DNA from: Octopus sinensis
Taxonomy: Eukaryota
DNA: 64,000 bases
Assembly: GCF_006345805.1 (NCBI RefSeq)
Contig: NC_043019.1
Location: forward strand, 24,551,360 to 24,615,359
Direction: 5' to 3'
The position numbers and the translations under genes were made by a program. Every line of letters starts with the position of its first letter. Within the stretch, counting starts at the first letter, position 1. Below the pieces are notes generated by a model. The model did no database searches, had not been told where the DNA came from, and was given only the letters and a program-made list of their open reading frames with translations. Of the stretch, positions 51,530-64,000 are shown piece by piece.

Positions 51530-51680
51530 TTTCAGTGTCAAGGAACTTGCTTCTCAACCACGTGGTTCTGGGATCAGTCTCATTGCAATGCAGCTTGGGC
51601 ACAGGTCTTCTACTATAGCCTCGGCTTGACCAAGGCCTTGTACGTTGATTTGGTAGAAGTAAACTAAAAGAAACTCGTCT
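51530..51680 (+). mobile_element. SINE family A 5' fragment, diverged
   Basis: CTTGCTTCTCAACCACGTGGTT..TCTTCTACTATAGCCTCGG. Confidence 0.8.
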
Positions 51681-51681
51681 T

Positions 51682-51770
<89 letters not shown>

Positions 51771-51883
51771 TATATATATGTAAGTTAGTAAAAGTTAAAG
51801 GTAATATATATAAATGTATATATGTGTATGTAGATATATGTGTATACATATATATCTGAGTAGTATATATATTTAAATATATT

Positions 51884-52033
51884 GGTGGTTGTGTGGTAAA
51901 AAGCTTGCTTCCCAACCACATGGTTCAAGGTTCAGTCCCACTGCGTGGCACCTTGGGCAAGTGTCTTCTACTATAGGCTCGGGTCAACCAAGGCCCTAGT
52001 GAGTGGATTTGGTGGACGGAAACTGGGAGAAGC
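51884..52033 (+). mobile_element. SINE family A 5' fragment
   Basis: GTGTGGTAAAAAGCTTGCTTCCCAACC..CCTTGGGCAAGTGTCTTC. Confidence 0.88.
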
Positions 52034-52250
52034 TTTTTACCATATAGCCACTTACTTTCTCTGTAAATAATAATAATAATATAATAATAATATGAAGAAG
52101 AAGAAGAAGAATTTTATATATATATAATTCGAATACTATTCTTTCCAGCTTCTTTTTTCTCAGTTGTGTGCTTACTCTGGAATATATACGTATATATATT
52201 ATATATATATATATATTATATATATAATATATATATATATATATAATATA

Positions 52251-52303
<53 letters not shown>

Positions 52304-52669
52304 TGCATGTATATATATATATGAATAAGTAGATAGATAGATACGCACACACATATATATTTACACACACACACGCAAAATAATATGGGTCTATTTTATT
52401 TCTCGTATAATGTATCACTATATAGACGCACTTTGTAATCGGATACATGAAAATATATATATATAATAAATACATACATAACATATCTTTTTCCACACAT
52501 ATATATGCATGTATATATGTATATATACGTACGCAAGCATGTATATAAATATATACACATACACCCCCCACTCACACACATAAACACACACAAGCACACA
52601 GACGCACACACATATATTATGTATAATTATATATATGCATAGATATCTCTTATATTCTTAGATAGAAAT

Positions 52670-52749
<80 letters not shown>

Positions 52750-52913
52750 TTGCCGAACCACTAAGTAACGGGGACATAAACACACCAACATCGGTTGTCG
52801 AGTTATGGTTAGGGGACAAACACAGACACAGATGTGCATACATAGATATACAAATACTGAACCCGGAACCATGTGGTTGGAAAGCAAGCTTATTACCACA
52901 CAGCCTCGCCCGC
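52750..52913 (-). mobile_element. SINE family A, internally deleted
   Basis: Head and distal body present on the minus strand, core absent. Confidence 0.8.
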
Positions 52914-52931
52914 GTATGTTTATAGGTATAT

Positions 52932-52976
<45 letters not shown>

Positions 52977-53027
52977 ATATATATACATATTGATATGTGT
53001 ATACATACATATATATATATATAATGC

Positions 53028-53094
<67 letters not shown>

Positions 53095-53399
53095 GCAAAT
53101 AAACAAGTAAAACCGCTGGGGCTAAGTATATGAAATGCACATGTATATATACATGTAAATAGACAGAAAACAAAAACTCAAAATATTCAGACGATGAACA
53201 ACCACGGATAAATATTTAGATATTTGTAAAATAGTAGAGGAGAATTACACGGAATACAAAGCACAAAAACTTAAGGGGAGAAGATATGGCATTACAGGCC
53301 CGACATCTGTTTGAGGGGTCTTGGAATTACGCCATAATGTTTGTTCAAACCTTGATTATACGCACCACACACACAATCATATTATATATATATATATAT

Positions 53400-53452
<53 letters not shown>

Positions 53453-53766
53453 TATATATATATATATTTATTCAAGCTCACCCCTACATCAACACATATT
53501 TATATGCACCAGCGCCTTTTTGCGGTTTTTGTCTCCTCTACAGGTGTTAGTCAGCCGTGAGTAACTTGAAGGCCGCTGCTTAATACAGCAAGTACTAGGA
53601 TGAACTCGAAACCACTTTCTTGAGAGCGAATTTATTGACCAGGCTGAAATGGGTGTACGTTTATACACACGCACAAACACACACGCACACACACACACCA
53701 CATCTGTCTATCTATCTATCTATCTATCTATCTTCTATCTATCTATCTATCTATATATATATATAT

Positions 53767-53807
<41 letters not shown>

Positions 53808-53868
53808 ATTACACACACACACATATGTGTATTCTATATATATATATATATATATCATATATATATAT

Positions 53869-53914
<46 letters not shown>

Positions 53915-54299
53915 AGATTGTAATACAGATGAAAACGATCAGATTTTATATAAATATGCATACATATACACATATTGATGTATATTTGTGTGTGTATATA
54001 AGTACATAGAGATAAATGAAAACTAAATATATCCCGAAAATAATGACATGTGTAGAAGCTTATATATATATATATTTATTTATAGAATTGCACTTCCTTT
54101 TTGGTTGAGTATAATAAATACAAAAAACTAAGGGAAAGATGCATAGCTTTTCTAACTCGATAGCTGTTTCTGGGAGTTTGAAATTATGTAATTGCTTTAG
54201 TGCTCATAATTAGCAGATGGAATTTGAAAAAATCATGGTTATGCAGCCAGTAGATTGATGCTTAAATATATCACCGTAATGCCGGCTTTATTCTTCAGG

Positions 54300-55520
54300 T
54301 GAGAAAATTGGTAGATGGCAGTTCACATTGTGCTGAGATAGATTTAAAAGTTGAATGGGAGAAGAGGAAGAAAGGCGTTAAAAACCGGGAGAGGGAAGAT
54401 GTAGGTGGCTTCGGAAAGAGGAGTGGGTATGTAGAAGAAGAGTAAGAAGGGATAAGAAATAAGAGGTGGGAGATGTAGGGGTAAGGAATCGGTGGACTGG
54501 AAAGAAGTAGAAGTGGTGGGTCGCAGGGAGGAGGGGAGAGTGGAGATAGGTCAGTGTCATGAATGGAGGAGCCGCTGGTGGGACATGTAGTTAAGATCAA
54601 TCAGGGATGGTTGAAGCGATAGAAAACTAGAGGAAGAGGCAATGAATTAACTAAGGAAAAGAGGTGGGGTAGATAGAGGAGAGGTAGGAGGAGTATAGAG
54701 AGGAGTGGATTTTGAAACAATAAGGGATGGGAACTGGTTTTAGATGAAGTCAGGAAAAGGCATGGGTGTGATTTGATGCACATGGGTGAGGTAAGTGCAG
54801 AGGATGATATGCTGAGATATGGAGAAAGGCACAAAGAAAAGAGAGGGATAGAAAGAGAAGGGATATGTTGCTAGCATAGGTAAGTGGTATGTAATGGCTG
54901 AATCGTAATTAGTAGAAATTATTGAAATTTTACGTAATGGGCAAACGAGGAATAAATTTGTGCTTACATGAAGTGTTTATGTCTAAGAACATATTGAGTA
55001 ATGAGCTGTGGTGGTGGAGAATAACAAGCGATTCCCTTGAACACAACTTATAATGACAGAGATTAGAATTGTTAAGGGGTAGCCTCACAAACTATGAACT
55101 AGGATAAGGTATAGGGAATATTTTATATACTACGTTATAGTGTAAACAGGGACCATCGAGCGGAGAAAGCTAGAAGACCCGGCAATTGCACGTTTGCCTA
55201 CCATCAGTGGGCTTAGAACTAGATCCAATTGTGGTCCTGCTTATATGGTTTGTTATCTCTAGAGAAGCGGATTTGTTATCATTATCGTTGTTGGACTGGG
55301 AGACAGTGTCATTGATGTCATATATGGTTGGATTGCTAGTAGTAAGGGCAGTAGTACCATGTTTGGTATTATTCAATGGAGTAAGGTTCCCAAGGGTTGT
55401 ATTATTACTATCAGGTCGGGAGGGATGGGAACCAGAAGGATATATTGTAGGATCTACCGTGAGCCGGCACAGTTTGCGTCTATTAGAGGAGGAAGCAATT
55501 ATGGATCGTAAATTTAGTGT
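54300..55520 (-). pseudogene. Penelope-like element 3' remnant with purine/pyrimidine-biased tail
   Basis: Minus strand NLRSII..(S/T/N-rich spacer)..TCNCRVF*LSPLDGPCLHYNVVYK and KLCSRESLVIL..LLN..SCKHKF (linker cysteines plus GIY-YIG ends); 54300-54870 strongly A/G-rich on +. Confidence 0.68.
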
Positions 55521-55934
55521 TCTGAAATAGCGTGAGTGTGTGTGTGTGTGTGTGTAAGAAGAGAGAGATACATGATAAATTATTGAGTGATCTATATGAT
55601 TTAATGTAAACTCTCTTCACGGGAATATATATATTTCCTTGCTTTTTGACTGCTGTGGACGCGATTTGAACACATTCTTTCACAATGCCTAACTTTGTCT
55701 CACATCCTATAAACATCCACTTTCAATTATTCCATTTATGGAGCCGATGTCGCTAAGTTCAATACAGTTAATTAGATTCCATGCTGTGTTGTCTATTAAG
55801 TGTTAGACAATTGTTATATGCATGATGCCCTCTTTCAATAGATGCACAAATGTGTGCGTGTGCGTGCATGTGTATGCGGTTGCATGTTTGTGTGTATGTA
55901 TGTAGGAGCGTCTTTTATGGGAGGATGTCATATG

Positions 55935-56170
55935 AAAAACAATGGTGTCTATATTCAATGATGTCTATATTCAATTAAAAAGATTTTAATAGGTAGGCCC
56001 ACACCTATGCCAGAGGCAAATGCTCAAGCAGGGGTAACACAACTTGTCCACTGAACAGCCACTGCAATGCTGAGACAGTGGTTTACGGGGCAGAAGTAAG
56101 AGCAAGAGGACCCAATGGACAACCGAACGTTGACAGATTCCATGACTAATAGGTTTTTTGAAGTCATTCG
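55935..56170 (+). pseudogene. Short Penelope-like linker/GIY-YIG start fragment
   Basis: KCSSRGNTTCPLNSHCNAETVVYGAEV resembles the CxC..CPLxGxC..VVY motif of the 55.1-kb remnant. Confidence 0.5.
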
Positions 56171-56473
56171 TCGATTATTATGGTTTTCTGTTAAATATAT
56201 ACTCAATCTATGCTTAATATGTATCATTACCCTTTATTTTCTGGTGAAAACATGTCTAGATGGGCTATTTTCATTCAAAGGCTATTAGTGTGGTTCGCTC
56301 CAAAAACCTGAAGAATGTGAAATAAAAAAGGAAGGGTGTTACATAAAATAGTGAAAACATAACAATGGTGTTGCCATAGTTTGCAAACCATCTGGGAAAA
56401 GTTTTTTTCAAAATCCATTCACAGAAAACCGAGAAATCCTAAATTACACTGCTAAGCTATTATCGTGGTTATG

Positions 56474-56540
<67 letters not shown>

Positions 56541-56724
56541 ATATATATTATATATATACACGTAATCATTGATATTTATGTGTATGTAATTATACAGATA
56601 ACTATGTGTATGTTTGTTTAAGCGTGTGTGAGTGTGAGTGTGTTTAATAAGAGTAAGTCCATGTGTGCGCGCGAGCGAGCGCGTTTATCCAAGTATCTGT
56701 CTATGTGTGAAAGTAGAAGTATAT

Positions 56725-56860
56725 GTCCAAGTTGTTAGTATGTTTGACTCACTATCATGAAGCTTTGTGTTCGATTCCTAGACCGGATGACTCGTTGCAT
56801 CTTAAAATAAGACATTTTATATCATGTTGACCCACTTTACACCTCTGAAATGGATTTCAA
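56725..56860 (+). mobile_element. SINE family C, highly diverged head
   Basis: TCACTATCATGAAG..GTTCGATTCCTAGACCGG..AAGACATTTTATATCATGTTG resembles the reverse complement of 47875-48017. Confidence 0.55.
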
Positions 56861-57387
56861 TGGTGTTGCAGCCTTCTCTGTCTCCATCTATCATCAACGT
56901 CGGCAGTTCAAAGCAGGTCACTATGACTTGTCCTGACTTCTGTAGTTACTGATATGTTACCAGTGTCTTGTTTCAGAGCAGTTGTGTACTTCAGAATATA
57001 TTATACATCTATAGACTTCTAGCCTACATCATTTATATAGGCAAACATAATGTCTATCTCCAGACATCAATCATAGACAAAAAAAAAAAACTATGTATAA
57101 ATATATTGCATTGACTTAACGCTTCATTTGAAGTAATGAACGGGTTTACATGTATTTCTCACAAACGTACGCATGTGTGTATATACTTGCATACATACAT
57201 ACATTCATTTGTATGTATGTATGTATGTATGTATGTATGTATGTATGTATGTATGTATGCATGCATGCATGTATATATGTATGTATGTATGTATGGATGG
57301 ATGTATGTATGTATGTATGTATGTATGTATGTATGCATGCATGCATGCATGTATGTATGTATGGATGTATGTATGTATGTATGGATG

Positions 57388-57421
<34 letters not shown>

Positions 57422-57435
57422 TGTATGTATGTATG

Positions 57436-57976
57436 TAGTGTCTGATCACTTTTGAGTGCTACTGGTAACATGTAACCCAGTACAACCTGTTGCATGGTCG
57501 GGTCGTCGGCGACTAAACCGGCAACCCCACCAAGCTTGCTTGGTGAGGAGGGTGTTTATTGGACACCCTGCGGGATGAAAAACAAAACCCGTCAAAGGGC
57601 GGAGGAACTCTTGAGAGTTAACGGCCATCCAATAAATGTCTTAAGGCTGGATCATGCGCGGGGACATAGAAATAATCGGACTGAATACCCGATCGCGCAG
57701 TTAAACCATTGGGAGTGAAGGTCTCCTAGTCTTTGTTAGGGCTAGGAGAAGGTAACTCAGGTAACTGGGATAACTCCGAATAAAACCTGCGGCTCAGTGG
57801 TTACCGATGATGTTGACTTGTTCTTCTTTTCAGATTTTGGCTGCTGTTGCTTAGTGAGTGGGATTGACTCAGTGCACAGCCTTTCCCCTCTTAAAAAAAC
57901 ATCTTCTTGCACAGGCATTGCACGATAGCAACATTGATTAAGTTTCGTGCAATGGCCATACACGATAACGAGGGGG
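57436..57976 (+). mobile_element. Probable 5' UTR fragment of an RTE-type LINE
   Basis: GC-rich non-coding block with CTAGGAGAAGGTAACTC..TAAAACC, reminiscent of RTE 5' UTRs; ends at GCCACCATG running into (TGTA)n. Confidence 0.4.
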
Positions 57977-58161
57977 TAGCCACCATGTATGTATGTATGT
58001 ATGTATGTATGTATGTATGTATGTATGTATGTATGTATGTATGTATGTATGTGTATATAAACCAGCGCGCTTAAATTTGAAGAGAACGCCTGTATTCCCA
58101 AGCCATACCGCAATGAGTAAACAATGGCTTTACATGACCTTTCAGCATCATCTGACTTGAT

Positions 58162-58494
58162 GTGGAACAGCCTGCTCGTGAAATTAACGTGTAAGTGGCT
58201 GAGCACTCCACAGACACGTGTACCCTTAACGTAGTTCTCGGAGATATTCAGCGTGACACAGAGAGTGACAAGGCCGGCCCTTTGAAATACAGGTACAACA
58301 GAAACAGGAAGTAAGAGTGAGAGAAAGTTGTGGTGAAAGAGTACAGCAGAGATCACCACCATCCCCTGCCGGAGCCTCGCGGAGCTTTAGGTGTTTTCGC
58401 TCAATAAACACTCACAACGCCCGGTCTGGGAATCGAAACCGTGATCCTATGGCCGCGAGTCCGCTGCCCTAACCACTGGGCCATTGCGCCTCCA
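58162..58494 (-). mobile_element. SINE family B, 3'-truncated, with 13-bp target-site duplication
   Basis: CATCTGACTTGAT at 58149-58161 and 58495-58507. Confidence 0.92.
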
Positions 58495-59124
58495 CATCTG
58501 ACTTGATAAACACATGGTTGTTCGTTGAGTTGACGATATACTGCGATGGTAATAGTGTGTAGATTCGGAAAACGAAGGACCTAAATCACGAGGATACCAA
58601 AGAATAGCGCGTCCTGCAGTAGGCTAATAGATTGATCTATGATGTCTTTTGTGATTGATATTGGAATAAGAAGTGGTGCGTCAAATGGAGCCAGAGTAGG
58701 AAATGTTTGTTGTTGAAGATGACACGGGCTTAAGGAAATAAGCCTAAACTGAGAGGACAGAACCATTCTTGAGAAAATAATGAAAAGCAAATTGCTGCTA
58801 CACGATTTCAGAGGTTACAAGTGCACCCGATTTGGCGTAGTGTGTGCATGGCTAAGAAGGGAGGGCAAGTGTGCTAAAATGTGTGCCAAAAAGAAACGGG
58901 GATTTCCTTCTAGCTTCAATAGTGTGCGGCACGGTAGGAGGTGAACGATAACCGTTGCGGTCGACATTCGACATCTGGTGAAGGAATTGTACAGTTGTGC
59001 AGGCAAGATGTTTAGAGTGTGTGTGTGTGTGGTGTGTGTGCGCGCGTGCGTTCGTGTGTGTGTGTGCGTGCGTGCGTGTGCGTTGCGTGCGTGCGTGCGT
59101 GTGTGTGCGTGCGTGTGTGCGCGC

Positions 59125-59224
59125 NNNNNNNNNNNNNNNNNNNNNNNNNNNNNNNNNNNNNNNNNNNNNNNNNNNNNNNNNNNNNNNNNNNNNNNNNNNN
59201 NNNNNNNNNNNNNNNNNNNNNNNN
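59125..59224. other. Assembly gap (100 N)
   Basis: Run of N. Confidence 1.
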
Positions 59225-59616
59225 ATACATAAATACGTACAAATGTACGTTGATATGTACACACAGACACGCACACACACACACATACACACACATACAC
59301 ACACACACAAGCACACACGCACACGCACACACGCACACACACACACGCACGCACGCACACACACACACACACACACACGCACGCACACACACACACGCAC
59401 GCACACACGCACGCATACACGCGCGCGCGCGCGCACACACACACATACGCACGCACACACGCGCACACACGCAGATGTCACTGCTTGTACAATGGTGGCA
59501 CTCATTTACATTCATTGGCAAAGCATCACTCGATCTCATGATAAAAAGATGTGTACACACACGCACACTCATACATACATGTACACATACGCAGAGGTGT
59601 GTGTGTGCGTGTGTGT

Positions 59617-59654
59617 GTCTGATGAAGGCTATGAAACCGAGACTTTGAAGTCAC
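59617..59654 (+). ncRNA. Degenerate hammerhead-like motif
   Basis: GT-CTGATGA-A-GG(CTATGAAA)CC-GAGA-CTT(TG)AAG-TC-AC; GAAA replaced by GAGA, stem I mostly lost to (GT)n. Confidence 0.4.
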
Positions 59655-59738
59655 TGTCAACCACTTCCCTGCAAAATTAATAAACTATATAAATAAATCT
59701 TTGTTGATTGGATGTGTGCTCTTCTTTGCTGTCACATC

Positions 59739-60398
59739 CCACGAATGAAACTTTTTTGGACCGAATAGTGACGAGAAATGGATTCTCTATAAAAATGTCA
59801 AACACCGAAGACAGTGGGTAGGGAAAAGAGAAACACCGGCACCCCAGGCTAAATAAGGTTTTCGCCCATGTAAGGTATTGTTATCTGTTTGGTGGGATAT
59901 GAAAAGTTTAGTCTATTTTGAACTTTTAAACCCAAACCAAATGATAACAAGCGAGCAGCTTGAGCAGCTTAAGTCAGTGCTAGAAGAAAAACGACCATCT
60001 TTGGTTTCAAAACGAAAGGTGTTCTTCCATCCGGATAATGCTCGGTCACATACAACGAGGATGGCATTCCAAAGGTTGGAGCAGTTTGAATGGGAATCGA
60101 TACCCCACCCACCATATTCACCGCACATTTCCCTATCTGATTATCATTTATTCTGCAGTCTTCAAAATCATTTGAACTGAAAAAATATGAATTCTGTAGA
60201 CGAGGTCAGAACAGTGGAAGAGTATTTTTCGTCACGGACAAGTCAATTATGGAAGAAGGGCCTAGCGATAGATAGCCAGACAGACAGAAGAGCATTGTAG
60301 AAAATGAGAGTATATTTTAGATTTAAAAAACTTTTATCTTAATTTTGAAACCCAAAGGTAGTATAAAAATACCGCATTATTTATGGGAAGACCCAATA
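59739..60398 (+). pseudogene. 5'-truncated mariner element with 3' TIR
   Basis: DEKWILYKN, ORF 59878-60180 (SVWWD, FHPDNARSH, PHPPYSPHISLSDYHLF), terminal CGCATTATTTATGGGAAGACCCAA-TA at 60373-60398. Confidence 0.93.
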
Positions 60399-60559
60399 TC
60401 CATACATATACATATGCATATATACATAAATACACACACACATATAAATGGAAACCAAAATAATAAATTGAACGTTTAAATAATTTAATCATTAAATGAT
60501 AAATTCAATTCAGTTTTATTATTTTATACAAACAAATGGTGAACTTTCTAACTCCCCAT

Positions 60560-61153
60560 CTATACATACATACATACATACATACATACATACATACATA
60601 CATACATACATACATACATACATACATACATACATACATACATACATACAGTACATACATGCATACATCATACATACATATGTGTAGGTATACATATATC
60701 TGTCTACAATACTTTTACACACCAGAATTTAGTCTAAGCGAACTTTCAGTAAAATATTATTGTGTAATGTGCCGCGTGATGAGATTCAACTTTGAACTAT
60801 GTAGTTGAGAAATGAACTTTCAAACTCCCCATACATACATACATACATACATACATACATACATACATACAAACATACATACATACATGCATGCATACAT
60901 GCATACATGCATACATACATGCGCATGCATACATACATACATATATACATACATACATGCATACATACATACATACATACATACATACATGCATACATAG
61001 ATGCATACATGCATACATACATACATACATACATGCATGCATACATAGATACATACATACATGCATGCATACATACATACATACATGCATGCACACATAC
61101 ATGCATACATACATACATACATACATACATACATACATACATACATACATACA

Positions 61154-61184
<31 letters not shown>

Positions 61185-61190
61185 GTGTGT
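60560..61190. repeat. (CATA)n/(CATG)n microsatellite blocks
   Basis: Direct inspection. Confidence 0.95.
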
Positions 61191-61660
61191 ATACGTATTT
61201 CTTTTTTATATATATATTTACTCAAGCATTTTTTTTTTTTGCAAGATAATTTATGTGAAATCTTATATTTAGGTAGGGTCATTTTCCAATAAAAGCACAT
61301 GCACCGGTTGTATTTCACTTTCTTTAACATTCTCAGCCAAGAAAATGAAATTTATTAAATAATATACTTAATCAACACTAAATTAATTATTTGATCAATT
61401 AGCAGGAGCATCAGTTAGTATCTTCAATCTGTGATCAGCTTCGGCGCAGGAGGCAATAAAACATTATGTATTAACATGTTCCTACCTACTTTTTGCCACA
61501 TGTTAAGGGAGGTCAATGGAATAACAAAGAAACATTTGCAAATTGTTGTAGTGGAAGTGGTTGAGGTGGTGGCGTTAACATTGGTGGTGAATGGAGAAAG
61601 ATACAAAACCGTGTGATGAATTGGTAAAGTATTAATTCGATACATAAACTTCATTACATG

Positions 61661-62098
61661 CACAGGAGTGGCTGACTGGTAGGAAGTTTGTTTCCCAACC
61701 ACATGGTTCCGGGTTCAGTCTCACTTCGTAGCACCTTGGGCAAGTGTCTTCTACTATAGCCTAAGGCCGACCAAAGCCTTGTGAATGAATTTGGTAGATG
61801 AAAACTGAAAGTAGCCCGTCGTATATATATATGTGGTGTGTGTGTGTGTGAGAGAGAGAGTGTGTGTTTGTGTTTGTGTGTGCGAGCGTGTGTGTGTGTC
61901 TCTGTCTCCCCCCACCATCGCTTGACAACCAATGTTGGTGTGTTTACGTCCCTGTAACTTAGCGGTTCGGCAAAAAAAGACCGATAGAATAAGTACTAGG
62001 CTTACAAAGAATAAGTCCTGCGGTCGATTTGTCCGACTAAAGGCGGTGCTCCAGCATGGCGGTAGTCAGATGACTGAAACAAGTAGAAGAATAAAAGA
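61661..62098 (+). mobile_element. SINE family A, full length
   Basis: Head, core, internal (TA)/(TG) tract and 3' tail all present. Confidence 0.93.
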
Positions 62099-62154
62099 AT
62101 GTGTGTACGTGTGTGTGTGTGTTATTTATATTTATATTGTGTGTGTTTCGATGG

Positions 62155-62362
<208 letters not shown>

Positions 62363-63118
62363 AGAAGCCTGCTAAGATCCTCATATTTTCAATGGTGTGT
62401 TTAAAATTATTATAATAATTTACCTGATTGTATCATACAAAATGTGATGGCTGAAATCCCGGCACTTTAAGATCATACTCTAAATGAAATGTAGTCGGCG
62501 ACATTTAATTTTAGGAAGCTCTCCATGTATATAAATAATTATGTGTTACCATAAGTATGTCTATTTATTGTTCTATCGTTCAGTTTCCACGCACTTCGCC
62601 TGTAGGCAGTAATATGTATGCGAGGAAGATTCTTACTCTCCATTATAGATTCTGTCTAGGTCAAACAATTAGGTCGCATAGATTTATTTGACATCAGTGT
62701 AAGGGATTTTGATAACAAATATATGCAAGTCTGTCGGACGATGTATAATAGACGTACAAAGTACAACCTTGATAGATAACCTGTCACATAAAGAGAAGCT
62801 GGCTGATTGTCAATCGTCAATGGGCATCTACTGGACATCATTAGGAAGGCGCTCAAGTATTTTGCCCGATAAATATTTATAAGCATTTATCTCAATGTTG
62901 TAAACTTCCTTGATTTACCAAATACAAACCGCGGCACTAAACAGAAAATGACCTCATACACTGACGTCACCTGTCTATTGTCTTTAAACACTAAATTAGT
63001 AACATAAGGAGAGGAATACCCATTCCTTCTTCAAACAATGAAAGCGACCAGGAAAAAATAGCATACAGACTTGTCTTATATTAAAAAAACTTTTCAAAAC
63101 GATATTATCATTGGAAAT

Positions 63119-63536
63119 ATGTGGTAAGAAGTTTGCTTCCCACACACATGATTACGGGTTCAGTTCCACTGCGTGGGACGTTGAGCAAGTGTCTTCTATT
63201 GTAGCCTCGTGCCGACAAAAGTCTTGAGAGTGGATTTGGTAGGCGGAAACTGAAAAAAGTCTGTCGTATATATATATATATACGTATGTATGTACTTTTC
63301 TCTGTGTGTGTGCGTGTGTGTGTGTGTCTGTGTTTGTCCCTCCATCAGCACTTCGAGGTGGTGGTGTGTTTACAGCCCCGTAACGTAGTGGTTCGGTAAA
63401 TGTCCGACAGAATAAGTACTAAGAAGTACTAAGCTTCAAAACAATGTCCTGAGGTCAATTTGTTCTACTAAAACCTTTCAAGGTGGTGCACCAGCATGGC
63501 CGCATTCAAATGGCTGAAACAAGTAAGAGAATAAAA
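63119..63536 (+). mobile_element. SINE family A, diverged full length
   Basis: Aligns with 61661-62098. Confidence 0.9.
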
Positions 63537-63669
63537 TTATTTCTGTCTCTCTTGTTTACGAAACAGACAGAAACAAGGAAAATGCCACTTGTATTTGAAC
63601 ATTATGCAAATATTCTTTTAAAAAACTTTCCTTTTAATTCCTCCAAAATTTAATTGTTTTCCATACTTA

Positions 63670-63705
63670 CAGTTGAAAAAGTCTCAATGACCGAAACCGG
63701 TACTG
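63670..63705 (+). ncRNA. Decayed minimal hammerhead-like motif
   Basis: CAG-TTGAAAA-AGTC(TCAAT)GACC-GAAA-CCGG-TA-CTG; three transitions away from a canonical core. Confidence 0.35.
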
Positions 63706-63797
63706 AAATATTTTTTATAAAATTATTTTAGTATTTTCTACCTTGACTTTTTTTTCCATATATATCAACTCGTGTGTTCCTTTTAAACCTTCTACAT

Positions 63798-64000
63798 GTA
63801 AGGGTAAAGACCCCCTTCGGTCATGAATGACCATGGGATTGCACCTAGAAAGTTACCTTCCTAGATACAAGTCTGGGCAAGGTTGTTTATGGAAGACCAG
63901 CAGTCGCCCATGCATACCAGCCTCCCCTCTCCACGCCACCAGTGTTATCCAAGGGAAAGACAAAGGTCGATACAGCTTGGCACCAGTGACGTTGCAACTC
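63798..64000 (-). mobile_element. SINE family C 3' part, cut by window end
   Basis: Ends in GACGTTGCAACTC, matching the CGTCGCAACTC junction of the 47875 copy. Confidence 0.7.

Noticed and set aside
54286-54304. TTCTTCAG|GTGAGA recursive-splice-like site
   Set aside because: Short pyrimidine tract at the edge of a repeat, and no established host intron.
59020-59470. Apparent inversion: (GT/GC)n left and (CA)n right of the N gap
   Set aside because: The sides are joined by a scaffold gap, so the orientation is not reliable.
62640-62910. Possible further PLE linker remnant on the minus strand (..FVIKIPY..)
   Set aside because: Similarity too weak to support without a profile search.

Overview
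AT-rich, microsatellite-saturated animal genomic DNA. It is most likely intronic or intergenic sequence from an octopod cephalopod; I infer this from recalling the tRNA-derived SINE families, not from a database search. No host protein-coding gene could be identified with confidence, and almost all ORF-track entries are artefacts of (TA)n, (CA)n, (CATA)n, (GATA)n and (TTC)n tracts. The interpretable content is decayed mobile DNA: two mariner remnants, Tc1 and pogo/Tigger remnants, CR1-type and R4/Dong-type LINE fragments, a probable RTE 5' UTR, three Penelope-like (GIY-YIG) fragments, and about 17 SINE copies of four families. There are also three near-identical tandem duplications, several foldback palindromes and a 100-N gap. 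The best leads are: minimal hammerhead-ribozyme-like motifs in Penelope pLTR-type repeats, one of them on both arms of a perfect 84-bp palindrome; a 147-nt multi-stem RNA candidate whose pairing is kept between diverged copies; a possible HDV-like fold at the RTE-like 5' end; and a CpG-rich island near 32.1-32.8 kb with phase-compatible small exon candidates in both directions. All coordinates, translations and pairings were worked out by eye, so element boundaries are approximate.
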